DNA from: a virus
Lineage: Duplodnaviria > Caudoviricetes
DNA: 64,000 nt
Virus record (IMG/VR): IMGVR_UViG_3300044981_000214
Direction: 5' to 3' (one strand)
Shown: in pieces, positions 17,447 through 26,519 of the stretch
How the letters are laid out: every line of letters starts with the position of its first letter
How positions within the stretch are numbered: position 1 is the stretch's first letter
Program-made: the position numbers and the translations under genes
The notes under the pieces: generated by a model
The model's input: the letters and a program-made list of their open reading frames with translations, nothing else
Told to the model about the DNA's origin: nothing
The model's database searches: none

Positions 17447-18096
17447 TATTTCTTGAGCGGTTGCAGCCTCGCGTCGATAGCCTCGGGTCCAACCAATAGC
17501 CACCTTGCCCGCCCAGTCGTACCGAAATTCCAAATGGGAGCGCCAGACCGTTGGATCGCTACGATCGCAGCACTGATTCGAGCGGGGCGTGCACCAATCG
17601 CGGCAACCAGTTCCAAGAGATACATCGGGCGGTAGGAGATCAACTTCCTGACTACCTTATCCAGTTCCTGAGCCGTGCACGACTCACCAATACGCCACGT
17701 CCATGCGGGGCGTTCCTCGGTCCCGAGATTGTAGATCTTCTCGGTCTTGATAGGCTCGACGAGCATCGTCTGGACGCGATTCAACGGGATCCCTAGGCGC
17801 TTCTGTAGGTCCACCGTAGAAAGAATGCCTTCGCTAAGCATGACCTCCAAGGTTTGACCGATGGGTGGAATCGCCTTGAGCACGGGTGCCTTTATTTCCC
17901 TTGTACCTCGTGCCAGTTTCTGACGAAGCGTTGTCAACTCCTCTCGCATATCAGCGAGCGACTGTTCGAGATGCAACATCGTCGGATGTCTGGGGCCTTC
18001 GTTGACGACCTCTTGCGAGTGCTGTTCACTCCCATTGGTCGTCTCGTTGGTCTGTTCGGTGGATTCGGTGGGTTCGATATTATTGCTATTCAGCAT
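17446..18096 (-). CDS. probable tandem winged-HTH DNA-binding protein
   Basis: two HTH-like segments, each followed by NLG/NFG...W. Confidence 0.6.
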   Translation of the reverse strand: MLNSNNIEPTESTEQTNETTNGSEQHSQEVVNEGPRHPTMLHLEQSLADMREELTTLRQKLARGTREIKAPVLKAIPPIGQTLEVMLSEGILSTVDLQKRLGIPLNRVQTMLVEPIKTEKIYNLGTEERPAWTWRIGESCTAQELDKVVRKLISYRPMYLLELVAAIGARPARISAAIVAIQRSGAPIWNFGTTGRARWLLVGPEAIDARLQPLKK

Positions 18097-18382
18097 GCGC
18101 TGGCCTTGTGCAGCCGCTGTGCCGTAACCTAGTATTTTGTGATCTCATATATTTATGCGGAAACATATGTAATAACCACTACGCGCATTAGACACACCGC
18201 GCTATAAAGGCCTAGCAGATTAGCAACAACTCAAATTTATTTGGAAATTCCTTACCGTTGAACTACAACTCTTGACTTAGCTTACAAATTTAACGCGCAA
18301 ATTTTCTTCCTCTTCCTTGTCAGATTCGCCCCTCGTGCTGCGTCTGGGTGATTGAGAGACGTAATAAAGGAGGTGGACTAAT

Positions 18383-18733
18383 ATGGAAATCCAAAATCGT
18401 AGCCTGCAACTATGCGGCGACCATACTGTGGCCGACCCGTGGTTCAGCAGGGTCGTGTACGTGAACCAGCACTGCATCGAGCTGGTCGAGTTCGACTCGA
18501 TGCGCGAGGAGTGCCGGGTGAACGGCGCGCTGTACACATGTGACAGCGTAGAGGACATCGCGATCGATACCGGTAGCTGCAAGGCTAGCGAGGCGTTCGA
18601 GCAGCTAACGGGAATGTGGCCCCGCGATTGGGACCGTATGTACCGACGATTGTACTGGTCCGCATGGATGTGTAGTACCTGCCAATGGCGTACGGACTAT
18701 CGTACCTATACCTGCTGGCGGCATAGACACTAG
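18383..18733 (+). CDS. hypothetical protein
   Basis: strong RBS AAGGAGGT. Confidence 0.65.
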   Translation: MEIQNRSLQLCGDHTVADPWFSRVVYVNQHCIELVEFDSMREECRVNGALYTCDSVEDIAIDTGSCKASEAFEQLTGMWPRDWDRMYRRLYWSAWMCSTCQWRTDYRTYTCWRHRH

Positions 18734-18754
18734 ACGTGGTACGATAAGGAGGTC

Positions 18755-19219
18755 GTGACGAGACCTTCAAAGTTACGTAAGCCTCGGCGTTTGTCGGGTC
18801 AAGAAATAGTCGTGCGCCAGGGCAGCAATAAGGGTACCTTGCTCGCGATTATCGGTGTCGCTGGAATAGTCGGCTTAGCATATTGGCTATGGACGAAATT
18901 AAGCGGCATCGGAATTGGTGGAGGGTCTTCTATCAATAGCGGTAGCGGAAGCAGTCCAAACGGGACTGTTCCAACAGCTCCAACTGCAACCGCTCCGAGT
19001 TCGACAGATTCAAGCCAAGCGTCGCAGCCAGCACTTTGTGCTATCAGATTGTCGTCAACTGGGCTGACAATAAACGGCGTTGCAGCAACGATTGATCAAG
19101 TGTCAAGCTGTACGCAAGGCGCCAATGTAATCGTTTCGGGCGATGCCCGTCAAGGCGACGTTGATGCTCTACAAACAGCACTTAGCGCTAGTGGCATACA
19201 GTTTACTATCAATATCTAA
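18755..19219 (+). CDS. single-pass membrane protein with basic N-terminus
   Basis: KPRRLSG, TM, G/S linker, small C-terminal domain. Confidence 0.7.
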   Translation: MTRPSKLRKPRRLSGQEIVVRQGSNKGTLLAIIGVAGIVGLAYWLWTKLSGIGIGGGSSINSGSGSSPNGTVPTAPTATAPSSTDSSQASQPALCAIRLSSTGLTINGVAATIDQVSSCTQGANVIVSGDARQGDVDALQTALSASGIQFTINI

Positions 19220-19237
19220 TGATATACTGTAATAACT

Positions 19238-19510
19238 ATGAAGAAGCGTAATAGGACCTTAGGTTACGCCAAACGCCCAGCAGGCGCTAAGTGGACCGAC
19301 GCAAAGCGCGTTGAGTGGGCTGTGGACAATATCAAGGTTCTGCTAGATCCGTACAATTACGAACCTAGGGAAACACGGTGTGAGAATGCTCGCCGACAAG
19401 CCGCTAAGGCAGAAAGGCTATTAGCTAGAATTTCAGCCTCATCTTCCCACGCTTGGACACGCGAGATTCAAGCTATTCTTGATCGGGTTGCAAAGAAGTG
19501 CTCGCGGTGA
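19238..19510 (+). CDS. small basic protein
   Basis: MKKRNRTLG start. Confidence 0.6.
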   Translation: MKKRNRTLGYAKRPAGAKWTDAKRVEWAVDNIKVLLDPYNYEPRETRCENARRQAAKAERLLARISASSSHAWTREIQAILDRVAKKCSR

Positions 19511-20075
19511 CTGAATACGCCTCTTCTATCTCTTTAACAGAGGCTTGGTCATGCTTTGCTAGTTCAGTTTCGTAGATCTTAGCAAAGTGTGCTAACTGAC
19601 TCACGCTAGTATTTAGAACCTTAAGTGTTTTCTTAGGGTTGCTATTAGCCCGTTCGATAGCTAAACACTCGATCGAATTAGATAGATCCGTTGGTTGAAT
19701 AGTTATACCGCCTTTTGAATCTACTGCATACCAGGCTGGAAATAGCACGCAGAATCTGGGGCGCGTGTTCCTATCCAACGTGCAACCTTTGTCAGGTTTC
19801 CAGAAATAACACGCCCGAGTGTCCGGGTCGAATTTAAATGAAAGCCGAATATGGTGGGGGAACATTCGGTCTATACCTGGTGCAACTGCGGCCATATCAC
19901 GCTTTGCTAGAGGATGAATTTCTTCATAGTCAAGAAAATTACTAGGGGCCAATCCTGTAGCCTTACTGATCCGTTGGGTGTCACTGATCGTGAGTCCGAA
20001 TTTTACAGGCTCGGTTCCAGGCTTGAGATGACAACAGTCTCGACACTGATTAGAGCAATCGGCGCAAACGTTCAT
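19473..20075 (-). CDS. YkgJ-family cysteine-cluster (CxxCxxCC) protein
   Basis: CADC..CRDCC, CYF...GCTL...RPRFCVLFP. Confidence 0.8.
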   Translation of the reverse strand: MNVCADCSNQCRDCCHLKPGTEPVKFGLTISDTQRISKATGLAPSNFLDYEEIHPLAKRDMAAVAPGIDRMFPHHIRLSFKFDPDTRACYFWKPDKGCTLDRNTRPRFCVLFPAWYAVDSKGGITIQPTDLSNSIECLAIERANSNPKKTLKVLNTSVSQLAHFAKIYETELAKHDQASVKEIEEAYSVTASTSLQPDQE

Positions 20076-20113
20076 ACTTTACACGAACCTTAGCATGAGC
20101 TACGGTACTGCTC

Positions 20114-20923
20114 GTGGAAAAACTTTTGGTCGCGCTTCCGCTTTTCGGCTCGGTATCGGTCACATTCTTCGACCGTTGGAACCAGTTAGATAAGTCACCG
20201 ATGGTCCGTATGTCTTCGATGAAATGTCCGTACATCCACTTATCGATGCGGACAATTGTCGAAGAGTCGTTAGCCCAGACCGGATGGGATCGTCTGGTAA
20301 TACTTGAACACGACATGATTCCACCGATCGACGCACTGGTCAGAATCGCCACAGTACATAAAGACCATGACATCGTTGGCTGTATGTATTTCAAACATGA
20401 ACCTCCGCACTATCCGTATGTATGGAATAGAGTAGGTAACGAGCCCTGCGATATTGAGGCTCAACGACTGAGCAAAGAAATCAAAGCAGGGCTGAAAAAG
20501 ACCAAACGGACTGATGAGAATCATCGTCAGCAGGCCGCAGCCCGACAGAGGGCGTATGAACTTGAGCTACTAGCCAATAATCGCCGCTTGCCGCCGCCTA
20601 TCCAAGTCATTAAGCAATGGTGTGATAAACCCGGTCTATATGAATGTGATGCAGTCGGTATGGGACTGACGTCTATTTCAAGAAAAATGTTAGAGGCGTG
20701 GCCGGAAGACATTTCAATGTTCAACGCTCCCGCCGAACTGCCCTATCGAGGAAGTCATGACCTCTGGTTTTGTGATAAAGCCAAAGACCAAGGGTTTAAA
20801 GTCTGGTGTGATTCAGGTTTGATCGTCGAGCATCTAACAACAGTCCCGGTCGGACTATCGCATGCGCTCGACCACATGATTGTGCCGTCGGAAGTCGGGC
20901 AAGTTAGCTTCAATAAGAAATAG
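20114..20923 (+). CDS. GT2-like glycosyltransferase
   Basis: ILEHDMIPP, DIVGCMYF, GMGLTSISR, HDLWFCDKAK..GFKVWCD...H. Confidence 0.75.
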   Translation: MEKLLVALPLFGSVSVTFFDRWNQLDKSPMVRMSSMKCPYIHLSMRTIVEESLAQTGWDRLVILEHDMIPPIDALVRIATVHKDHDIVGCMYFKHEPPHYPYVWNRVGNEPCDIEAQRLSKEIKAGLKKTKRTDENHRQQAAARQRAYELELLANNRRLPPPIQVIKQWCDKPGLYECDAVGMGLTSISRKMLEAWPEDISMFNAPAELPYRGSHDLWFCDKAKDQGFKVWCDSGLIVEHLTTVPVGLSHALDHMIVPSEVGQVSFNKK

Positions 20924-20942
20924 CGCCTTCAGCGTTTACGTC
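20917..20942 (+). promoter_or_regulatory. GAAATA-N15-RCGT promoter with no adjacent ORF
   Basis: GAAATA GCGCCTTCAGCGTTT ACGTC. Confidence 0.5.
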
Positions 20943-21118
20943 GTCGCTTAGATAGACTATCTGGCGGAGGGCGATTGAATCTGTACTGCGCACACCCTCC
21001 ACGGCCCTTGGTAGGCAACGAATAGTCCACGCTCGATGCGCCCTCACCCCTTGATACGCACACTGCACGGCCCTTGTCCGCCTGTTTCTTATTGCATAGC
21101 GACATCGAACGCTCATAT

Positions 21119-21155
21119 GCTAGTGACAGCTTCTCAGGTGCTAGTGACAGCTTCT
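21119..21155. repeat. short direct repeat GCTAGTGACAGCTTCT x2 (21-bp period)
   Basis: seen directly upstream of tnpB. Confidence 0.75.
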
Positions 21156-21200
21156 GGAAGAAATCGTGCTTATCCAGTTGACACCCAATCCAGCTAATCC

Positions 21201-22322
21201 ATGATCCTGACCTACAAATATCGGCTCAAAGGTAAGCGTACAGTTCGTCAACAGCGACAGTTTGCTTGGGCTGTAAACCAAGTGTGGAATTTCTGCGTTG
21301 CCGTGCAGCGCAAGATCCAGCGGAATTGGAAAGAAGGGTTGTTATCAAAATGGCCGTCCTTCTACGATTTGAAGGATCTGACCGCAGGATCCTCCAAAGA
21401 ATTGAGCCTTCATGCACAAACGATTCAGGATGTTTGTGCCCAATTTGTGAAGTCACGTGATCAACACAAGAGATGCCCAAAGTTTCGTAAGTCGAACGGA
21501 TCAAAACGTTCTCTTGGGTGGGTTCCATTTGAGGGACAGTCCCGGCAGATCACCTCTAGCTCGGTAACATATCTCGGCAACGAATATCGTTTCTTTGGTG
21601 CTAAGCGGCGTCCTCTTCCTGACACTGCTAAAGGCGGTTGTTTTGTAGAAGATGCGCGGGGACGGTGGTGGGTTTGCTTCCATGTCGAAGTTGATCAGTT
21701 GCAGCAAGCACCTGCTAAGGCAGTTGGGATCGATCTTGGACTGAAGACGCTAGCAACGTTATCAACAAATAAGAAGATCGAGGCGCCAAAGTTCTATCGA
21801 AAGCTTGAAAAGAAACTTGCGACGGCCCAACGGGCTAATAATCACGATCTAGCAAAAGCAGTAAATGCCAAAATCGCAAACCGTCGTCGTGATCACACGC
21901 ATAAATGGACGACGTGGTTAGCTAACAACTATAGCTTAATTTGTGTAGGCGATGTTTCAAGTTCTAAACTGGCCAAGACGTCGATGGCAAAGTCCATCAA
22001 CGATGCAGGCTGGTACGCTTCCAAGAAAGCCCTTGATTATAAAGCCAGAAGGCGCCAAGGGATATTCGAAGAAGTGTCAGAGCGTTTCACGACCCAAACC
22101 TGTTCGGCTTGTGGAATGACCCCCGAGTCGAGTCCGAAAGGTATCGCAGGGCTTGGAATAAGGGAATGGGTATGTTCTGAATGTGGCACAAGCCATGACC
22201 GAGACGTGAACTCGGCACAGAACATACTTAATCTCGGGCTGAGTGCGCTGTCGAAAAGCCAGCTGAGAATCCTAGCGGGTGCTCATCAGCCTCCTGTGGA
22301 GGAAAGCCGGGTTGCTCAATGA
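21201..22322 (+). CDS. tnpB: TnpB RNA-guided endonuclease (IS200/IS605 type), no tnpA
   Basis: TYKYRL N-terminus, GIDLG (RuvC-I), VGDV plus downstream E.FTTQTC, CxxC..CxxC, HDRDVN (RuvC-III). Confidence 0.92.
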   Translation: MILTYKYRLKGKRTVRQQRQFAWAVNQVWNFCVAVQRKIQRNWKEGLLSKWPSFYDLKDLTAGSSKELSLHAQTIQDVCAQFVKSRDQHKRCPKFRKSNGSKRSLGWVPFEGQSRQITSSSVTYLGNEYRFFGAKRRPLPDTAKGGCFVEDARGRWWVCFHVEVDQLQQAPAKAVGIDLGLKTLATLSTNKKIEAPKFYRKLEKKLATAQRANNHDLAKAVNAKIANRRRDHTHKWTTWLANNYSLICVGDVSSSKLAKTSMAKSINDAGWYASKKALDYKARRRQGIFEEVSERFTTQTCSACGMTPESSPKGIAGLGIREWVCSECGTSHDRDVNSAQNILNLGLSALSKSQLRILAGAHQPPVEESRVAQ

Positions 22323-22365
22323 TGAGCGTTAACCGGATAGGCACGTAATGAGGCAGACCGCAGTA
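22190..22365 (+). ncRNA. putative omegaRNA / right end of the TnpB element
   Basis: TnpB omegaRNAs overlap the 3' end of the gene; hairpin CCGGGTTGCTCA..TGAGCGTTAACCGG; boundaries approximate. Confidence 0.45.
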
Positions 22366-22436
22366 TGCGCACTCTTTGAGCTACCTCCAACGTTATGACG
22401 CTGAACGTGCCCAGAAATGAGCATAACTGCTCAGTC

Positions 22437-22817
22437 TTAGCGATCCCAGGTGTGGCGGAATTCGATCGTCAAGTAAGACACGCCGGCACTTGTGGTGTCG
22501 GCAGCGACGATGTTGAAACCTGGAACACCGGCCTCGTTTTCACCTTCGACACCGAGAGTCGTTGTCGATAGTGTCGAGTTGGTCGTGACGCGAATCTTGG
22601 TGCTGTTCATCAGCGCCGCGGTTGCGTTCGCCGAACCCGACGAGGTCAAGCCCGCTAGAAGAGCTTGAAGCGGACCGCCGATACCGCCCTGGCCGTTGGC
22701 AAGCATGCTTGCCATTGTGACCGCGGCAGACGCCGAGGCGCCGCCTGAGAGGGTCAACGAGTATCTTTGCATGTATTTATCGGCATTTACGAGTGCTACT
22801 GCGAGTGCTGCTGACAT
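22437..22817 (-). CDS. A/G/S/T-rich putative structural protein
   Basis: composition, strong RBS, upstream TATAAT. Confidence 0.6.
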   Translation of the reverse strand: MSAALAVALVNADKYMQRYSLTLSGGASASAAVTMASMLANGQGGIGGPLQALLAGLTSSGSANATAALMNSTKIRVTTNSTLSTTTLGVEGENEAGVPGFNIVAADTTSAGVSYLTIEFRHTWDR

Positions 22818-22839
22818 TTGTTTTTTCCTTTTGCTCCTG

Positions 22840-22875
22840 AGCCGTTAATCCGGTTAGCCGTTCGAATTAACGGCT
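22840..22875. repeat. 10-bp inverted repeat hairpin in the leader of 22437..22817
   Basis: AGCCGTTAAT...ATTAACGGCT. Confidence 0.6.
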
Positions 22876-22924
22876 ATGAGGGGTTGTCAACGATTATAGC
22901 GTGATCGCTACAGCGATCAACATG

Positions 22925-23797
22925 TTATTTGGCTAACTGGTTCAAATAATATCCGTATGAGCTACTGATATGCTGGTCCGCTATAGTCTGTAGATTTTCT
23001 TTGGATATCCAGTTGTTAGCGTATGCAATTTCTTCGGGACAGGCTATATACAACCCCTGACGGCGCTGGACAGCCTCCACGAAATTGGCTGCGTCCAGTA
23101 ACGACTCGTGTGTACCCATGTCAAACCAGGCATTACCACGACCGAGTACATCGACATGAAGCCGATCAAGATTCAAGTAGACTTGATTCAGATCTGTTAT
23201 CTCTAACTCGTTACGCGCTGACGGTTTCAAGTCAAATGCTATTTTGCTGACCCCTGGTGGATAGAAATAGAGTCCTGGAACAGCTAAATCGGACTTTGGA
23301 GTAATCGGTTTCTCTTGTAGAGATAACGGTCGACCTATTGATGACAGTTCGACCACGCCATAAGCTGTCGGGTTAGTGACGTGATAGCCAAATATCACGG
23401 CTGCATTGCGTCTCTCGGTCTTGATTGTTGCGTCTTTAAGTCGCTGTGACAATGTCGCGCCGTAGATCAGATTATCGCCAAGAGTCAAGACAACGGGATC
23501 ATCACCTATAAAGTCTTCACCGATAATCAGTGCCTCAGCAATGCCACGAGATTCGAGCTGAACCTGATAGGTGAAGTGCAAGCCAAACTGGCTACCATCG
23601 CCGAGTAGGCGCTTGAAAAGGTATTCGTCTTGGAGCGTGCATATGATCAATATTTCTTGTATGCCCGCAAGCATTAATGTGCTCAGGGGATAATAGATCA
23701 TCGGCTTGTCATAGACAGGCAGCAGCTGTTTAGAGAACGGGAGAGTTATAGGCCAGAGTCGAGTAGACTTGCCGCCAGCTAGAACGATGCCTTTCAT
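22925..23797 (-). CDS. rmlA: glucose-1-phosphate thymidylyltransferase
   Basis: GIVLAGGKSTRLWP, SKQLLPVYDKPMIYYPL, LGDN, EKP, ARNELEITD, GRGNAWFDMGT, ACPEEIA. Confidence 0.95.
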   Translation of the reverse strand: MKGIVLAGGKSTRLWPITLPFSKQLLPVYDKPMIYYPLSTLMLAGIQEILIICTLQDEYLFKRLLGDGSQFGLHFTYQVQLESRGIAEALIIGEDFIGDDPVVLTLGDNLIYGATLSQRLKDATIKTERRNAAVIFGYHVTNPTAYGVVELSSIGRPLSLQEKPITPKSDLAVPGLYFYPPGVSKIAFDLKPSARNELEITDLNQVYLNLDRLHVDVLGRGNAWFDMGTHESLLDAANFVEAVQRRQGLYIACPEEIAYANNWISKENLQTIADQHISSSYGYYLNQLAK

Positions 23798-23851
23798 AGG
23801 TTGTTCGAAGTGTAGCTTGAATTGGCAAAGAAATAGCTAGATAATACCGTT

Positions 23852-23992
23852 ATGGCCAAGCGTAAACGAGGATTCTGGGATAAGAGACGAAAGTACGACC
23901 GTGTAATCTTTCGCAAATTCCCTGAAGGTGACGTGATCGCTCTGTTTCCCTCACAGTCTGAAGGGCTAGGCGGCGTAGAGGACGGTAATTGA
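23852..23992 (+). CDS. 46-aa basic ORF, probably truncated (VIFRKFPEGDVIALFP)
   Basis: manual translation. Confidence 0.45.
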   Translation: MAKRKRGFWDKRRKYDRVIFRKFPEGDVIALFPSQSEGLGGVEDGN

Positions 23993-23993
23993 T

Positions 23994-24629
23994 ATGAAGC
24001 GTCACCGTGTAGACTTTAGTTTTGGCGACTCAGCCGATGACAGTTTTCTTGTTGCACGCGATGCAATTGAAGAAAAAAGACCAGGCTGGGAACAGCACGT
24101 AACCAAGATCATGGCTCAGGTTAAGCAAGAATATCCTGATGCAACGATTCCAGATGATCTAGGTCCATGGGACCCGGACTGGTGGGCCGCGTTTGCTGAA
24201 GGCGCTGCTCGCGCTATTTGGTCGGATACCTATATTACCGAGGTTGAACAGCTTACCGAAAGCGATGATCCAGGCGATCGAGAAGCCTATCGCGAGTTGT
24301 CCCCTGGACCCGGTGGAGCGTGGGAGTCTGTGATACCTGAAACTGTTCCTACGTCAGCAGAGAAACAGGGCAAGGAGTTCACGACGCAAGTGCGAAGAGC
24401 GTTGAAAAGAGAGGATCAAATAGAAGTAGCGTCTAAGCTTGACGCAGACACCGCAGGATGGTATGGGATGATGCAGGCACTAGGGCACGGTATGGGTTGG
24501 GGCGACTACGACATCAACGCTGATCCTGATATTCATGCTATGCCTGATACTGACGTCTACAACGACGCCTACCAGGCTGTGACTGAAGCGCTAGAAGAAG
24601 CCGGATACGAGAGAGCAGACGAAGAATAA
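23994..24629 (+). CDS. acidic hypothetical protein with basic/FG leader
   Basis: MKRHRVDFSFGD; GHGMGWGD. Confidence 0.7.
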   Translation: MKRHRVDFSFGDSADDSFLVARDAIEEKRPGWEQHVTKIMAQVKQEYPDATIPDDLGPWDPDWWAAFAEGAARAIWSDTYITEVEQLTESDDPGDREAYRELSPGPGGAWESVIPETVPTSAEKQGKEFTTQVRRALKREDQIEVASKLDADTAGWYGMMQALGHGMGWGDYDINADPDIHAMPDTDVYNDAYQAVTEALEEAGYERADEE

Positions 24630-24630
24630 T

Positions 24631-24888
24631 CTACTTAAGCAATTTATCGTTGCACTTGCACGGTTCGCCCCACAAATAGACTCGCCATGCAGTAATGATT
24701 TCGTTCAGCCTTGGGGACGCAAGCGCATCAGCAGCTGTCCACTTTAGCTGTTTGCAGTTGGGACAGCGTTTTTTCTCTAACCGTGCTAGGTCATGTTCAA
24801 TACGACAGTCACGACAAATTCGTGGATTGTATGTAGACTCGCCACACTCCTCACACGCTCGCTCCACGTATTCGTCGTCGTTTGGCAT
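24631..24888 (-). CDS. zinc-finger hypothetical protein
   Basis: several CxxC. Confidence 0.55.
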   Translation of the reverse strand: MPNDDEYVERACEECGESTYNPRICRDCRIEHDLARLEKKRCPNCKQLKWTAADALASPRLNEIITAWRVYLWGEPCKCNDKLLK

Positions 24889-25110
24889 TTATGGCTTCCA
24901 GATGTTGTGGAGCAGCCTTTCACGTAGTCGGTCGTAGATGCGTCTGCCGGAACGCAACACGACTCTGCCGTCTAGCAACGAATCAGCAATGCGTGCAGCG
25001 ATGTCTTCAGGAAGCTTGACGTCTTCTTTGAGCGCTTGCTCCAACGCTTCGCGAATGATTTTTATGAGCCGTTCGCGCATGCCAAGACCCGTATGTTGAT
25101 AGGTTACCAT
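24889..25110 (-). CDS. hypothetical protein
   Basis: helical ORF; TTGACT-N18-TAAGCT upstream. Confidence 0.5.
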   Translation of the reverse strand: MVTYQHTGLGMRERLIKIIREALEQALKEDVKLPEDIAARIADSLLDGRVVLRSGRRIYDRLRERLLHNIWKP

Positions 25111-25276
25111 ATGAGCTGTTAAACAGGCTGCATTCTTCGTGTTCTAGTAGCTCGTGGGTGTCGGGCATTTTCGTTGAAGCTTACGACCTAAATTTACAAT
25201 AAGTCAAGAGCAAGGTGAATCTTCGAGAGCCTTGAGCATTTAGCTTGCTTTTCGTGTAGACTAAGCTGACCTAGTA

Positions 25277-25687
25277 ATGGCCCTCTCGAAGAAGACCCGC
25301 CAGGCTCTTAAAGAAACGCCAATTGCCCTTTTCAAGGGTGCTCGCCGAGCAGTCTTTGTCGATGGTGTGACTGAAGAAGAAATACTTCAAGCCATACGTG
25401 CGGCTGCCGGCATACATGAATTCTATTTGGCTAATGACATAGCCGCGCGATACAACTTAGAAATTTGCTGCCGATGCGCATGGCTTGAGAGTTCATGGTC
25501 TGCACTATGCACCCCTAGCAAGCATTCCGCGGTCACAAATAATCATTGGGTTCGAGTATGCTCGGGCTGCGCTCTGTACATACCATCAATTGCACTGGTA
25601 GCTGGTGACGAAGGTGCAGGCGCACGACTACTAGAGAAACTTCACGCGAACGGCGAAGATATCGATGACGAGGACGAGGACGAATGA
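25277..25687 (+). CDS. ELLxALQA-module protein with zinc finger
   Basis: EEILQAIRAAAGIHEFYLANDIAARYNLEICCRC...VCSGC. Confidence 0.7.
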   Translation: MALSKKTRQALKETPIALFKGARRAVFVDGVTEEEILQAIRAAAGIHEFYLANDIAARYNLEICCRCAWLESSWSALCTPSKHSAVTNNHWVRVCSGCALYIPSIALVAGDEGAGARLLEKLHANGEDIDDEDEDE

Positions 25688-25911
25688 CGCGTTTACGCGC
25701 AGTCGATAAGGCGCACAGCTTCGGCTATGCAGGTAAGCAGATCGAGATCTACGGCAAGCATATTACGATGCGCGTAAGCAAGCGGGACGCATATAGGCTT
25801 GCAATGGTCTGCCTAGCGGCAGACCCGCGATGGGAGATGCTGCCGGTTGATTGGCGGAAGTATTTCACGAGGAAAAAACGATTTGTAATGAGAAGCGGGA
25901 GAAGGATTTGA
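25684..25911 (+). CDS. hypothetical protein
   Basis: ATGA coupling. Confidence 0.5.
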   Translation: MTRLRAVDKAHSFGYAGKQIEIYGKHITMRVSKRDAYRLAMVCLAADPRWEMLPVDWRKYFTRKKRFVMRSGRRI

Positions 25912-25968
25912 ACCTTCGATCTGCAACGTATGAAACTGCCGAGGACAACCGGGCTCCTCTACCCCGCA
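25893..25968 (-). tRNA. tRNA-Met(CAT), initiator-like body with atypical anticodon stem, no encoded CCA
   Basis: TGCGGGG TA GAGG..CCTC G GCAGT TTCATAC GTTGC AGATC GAAGG TTCAAAT CCTTC TCCCGCT T; TTGACA-N17-TACAAA upstream. Confidence 0.85.
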
Positions 25969-26001
25969 AGCCTTTATTTGTAACCGACCGCGCTACCATT
26001 G

Positions 26002-26466
26002 TCAACTAAGTTTTGAGTCTAGCTCCAAGGTCTGACACATTTTCTCGATTGCCGTTCCTAAGTCGTCGGCGTATGCACTAGGTGGATAGCAAATACCTGC
26101 TGCAGTCTGCGCAGTAACTTGCCAACGCGTATCGGTCAAACGATTTCGTTCATCAGCAGCTACCCACGTAACGTTTCTTTCTAGATGCTGCAGTTTAACA
26201 GATTCCCCTGTATCGCGAACTACTGCAATCATGTGATAAGGTGCGCTGGAGTGGAAATAGACAATTTTCGCGTACTCGTTCGTCTTCAACAAAATCACCA
26301 TCGAGTCATCCCGTAGCTCGACTCGACGGTGTCGATCTTGAATGGTTATGAATGCATTAGAAGACACTAACTGCTCTAATTTCTTGAGCGTATCGAGGGC
26401 TGTTACTTCTTTCTTAAGTTGGTTGATCGTTGGGCCGGATTTCATATCGTCGGCTTGACATATCAT
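26002..26466 (-). CDS. hypothetical protein
   Basis: 154-aa ORF. Confidence 0.55.
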   Translation of the reverse strand: MICQADDMKSGPTINQLKKEVTALDTLKKLEQLVSSNAFITIQDRHRRVELRDDSMVILLKTNEYAKIVYFHSSAPYHMIAVVRDTGESVKLQHLERNVTWVAADERNRLTDTRWQVTAQTAAGICYPPSAYADDLGTAIEKMCQTLELDSKLS

Positions 26467-26519
26467 ACCGAACTTGTTCTTGACAACCCTAATGTTTCTC
26501 CAGCAAGCTACACAAGAAA

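Noticed and set aside
25885-25892. Match of the putative TnpB guide start (GTAATGAG) next to the tRNA 3' end
   Set aside because: Only 8 nt, which is expected by chance in 64 kb, and the guide boundary is uncertain.
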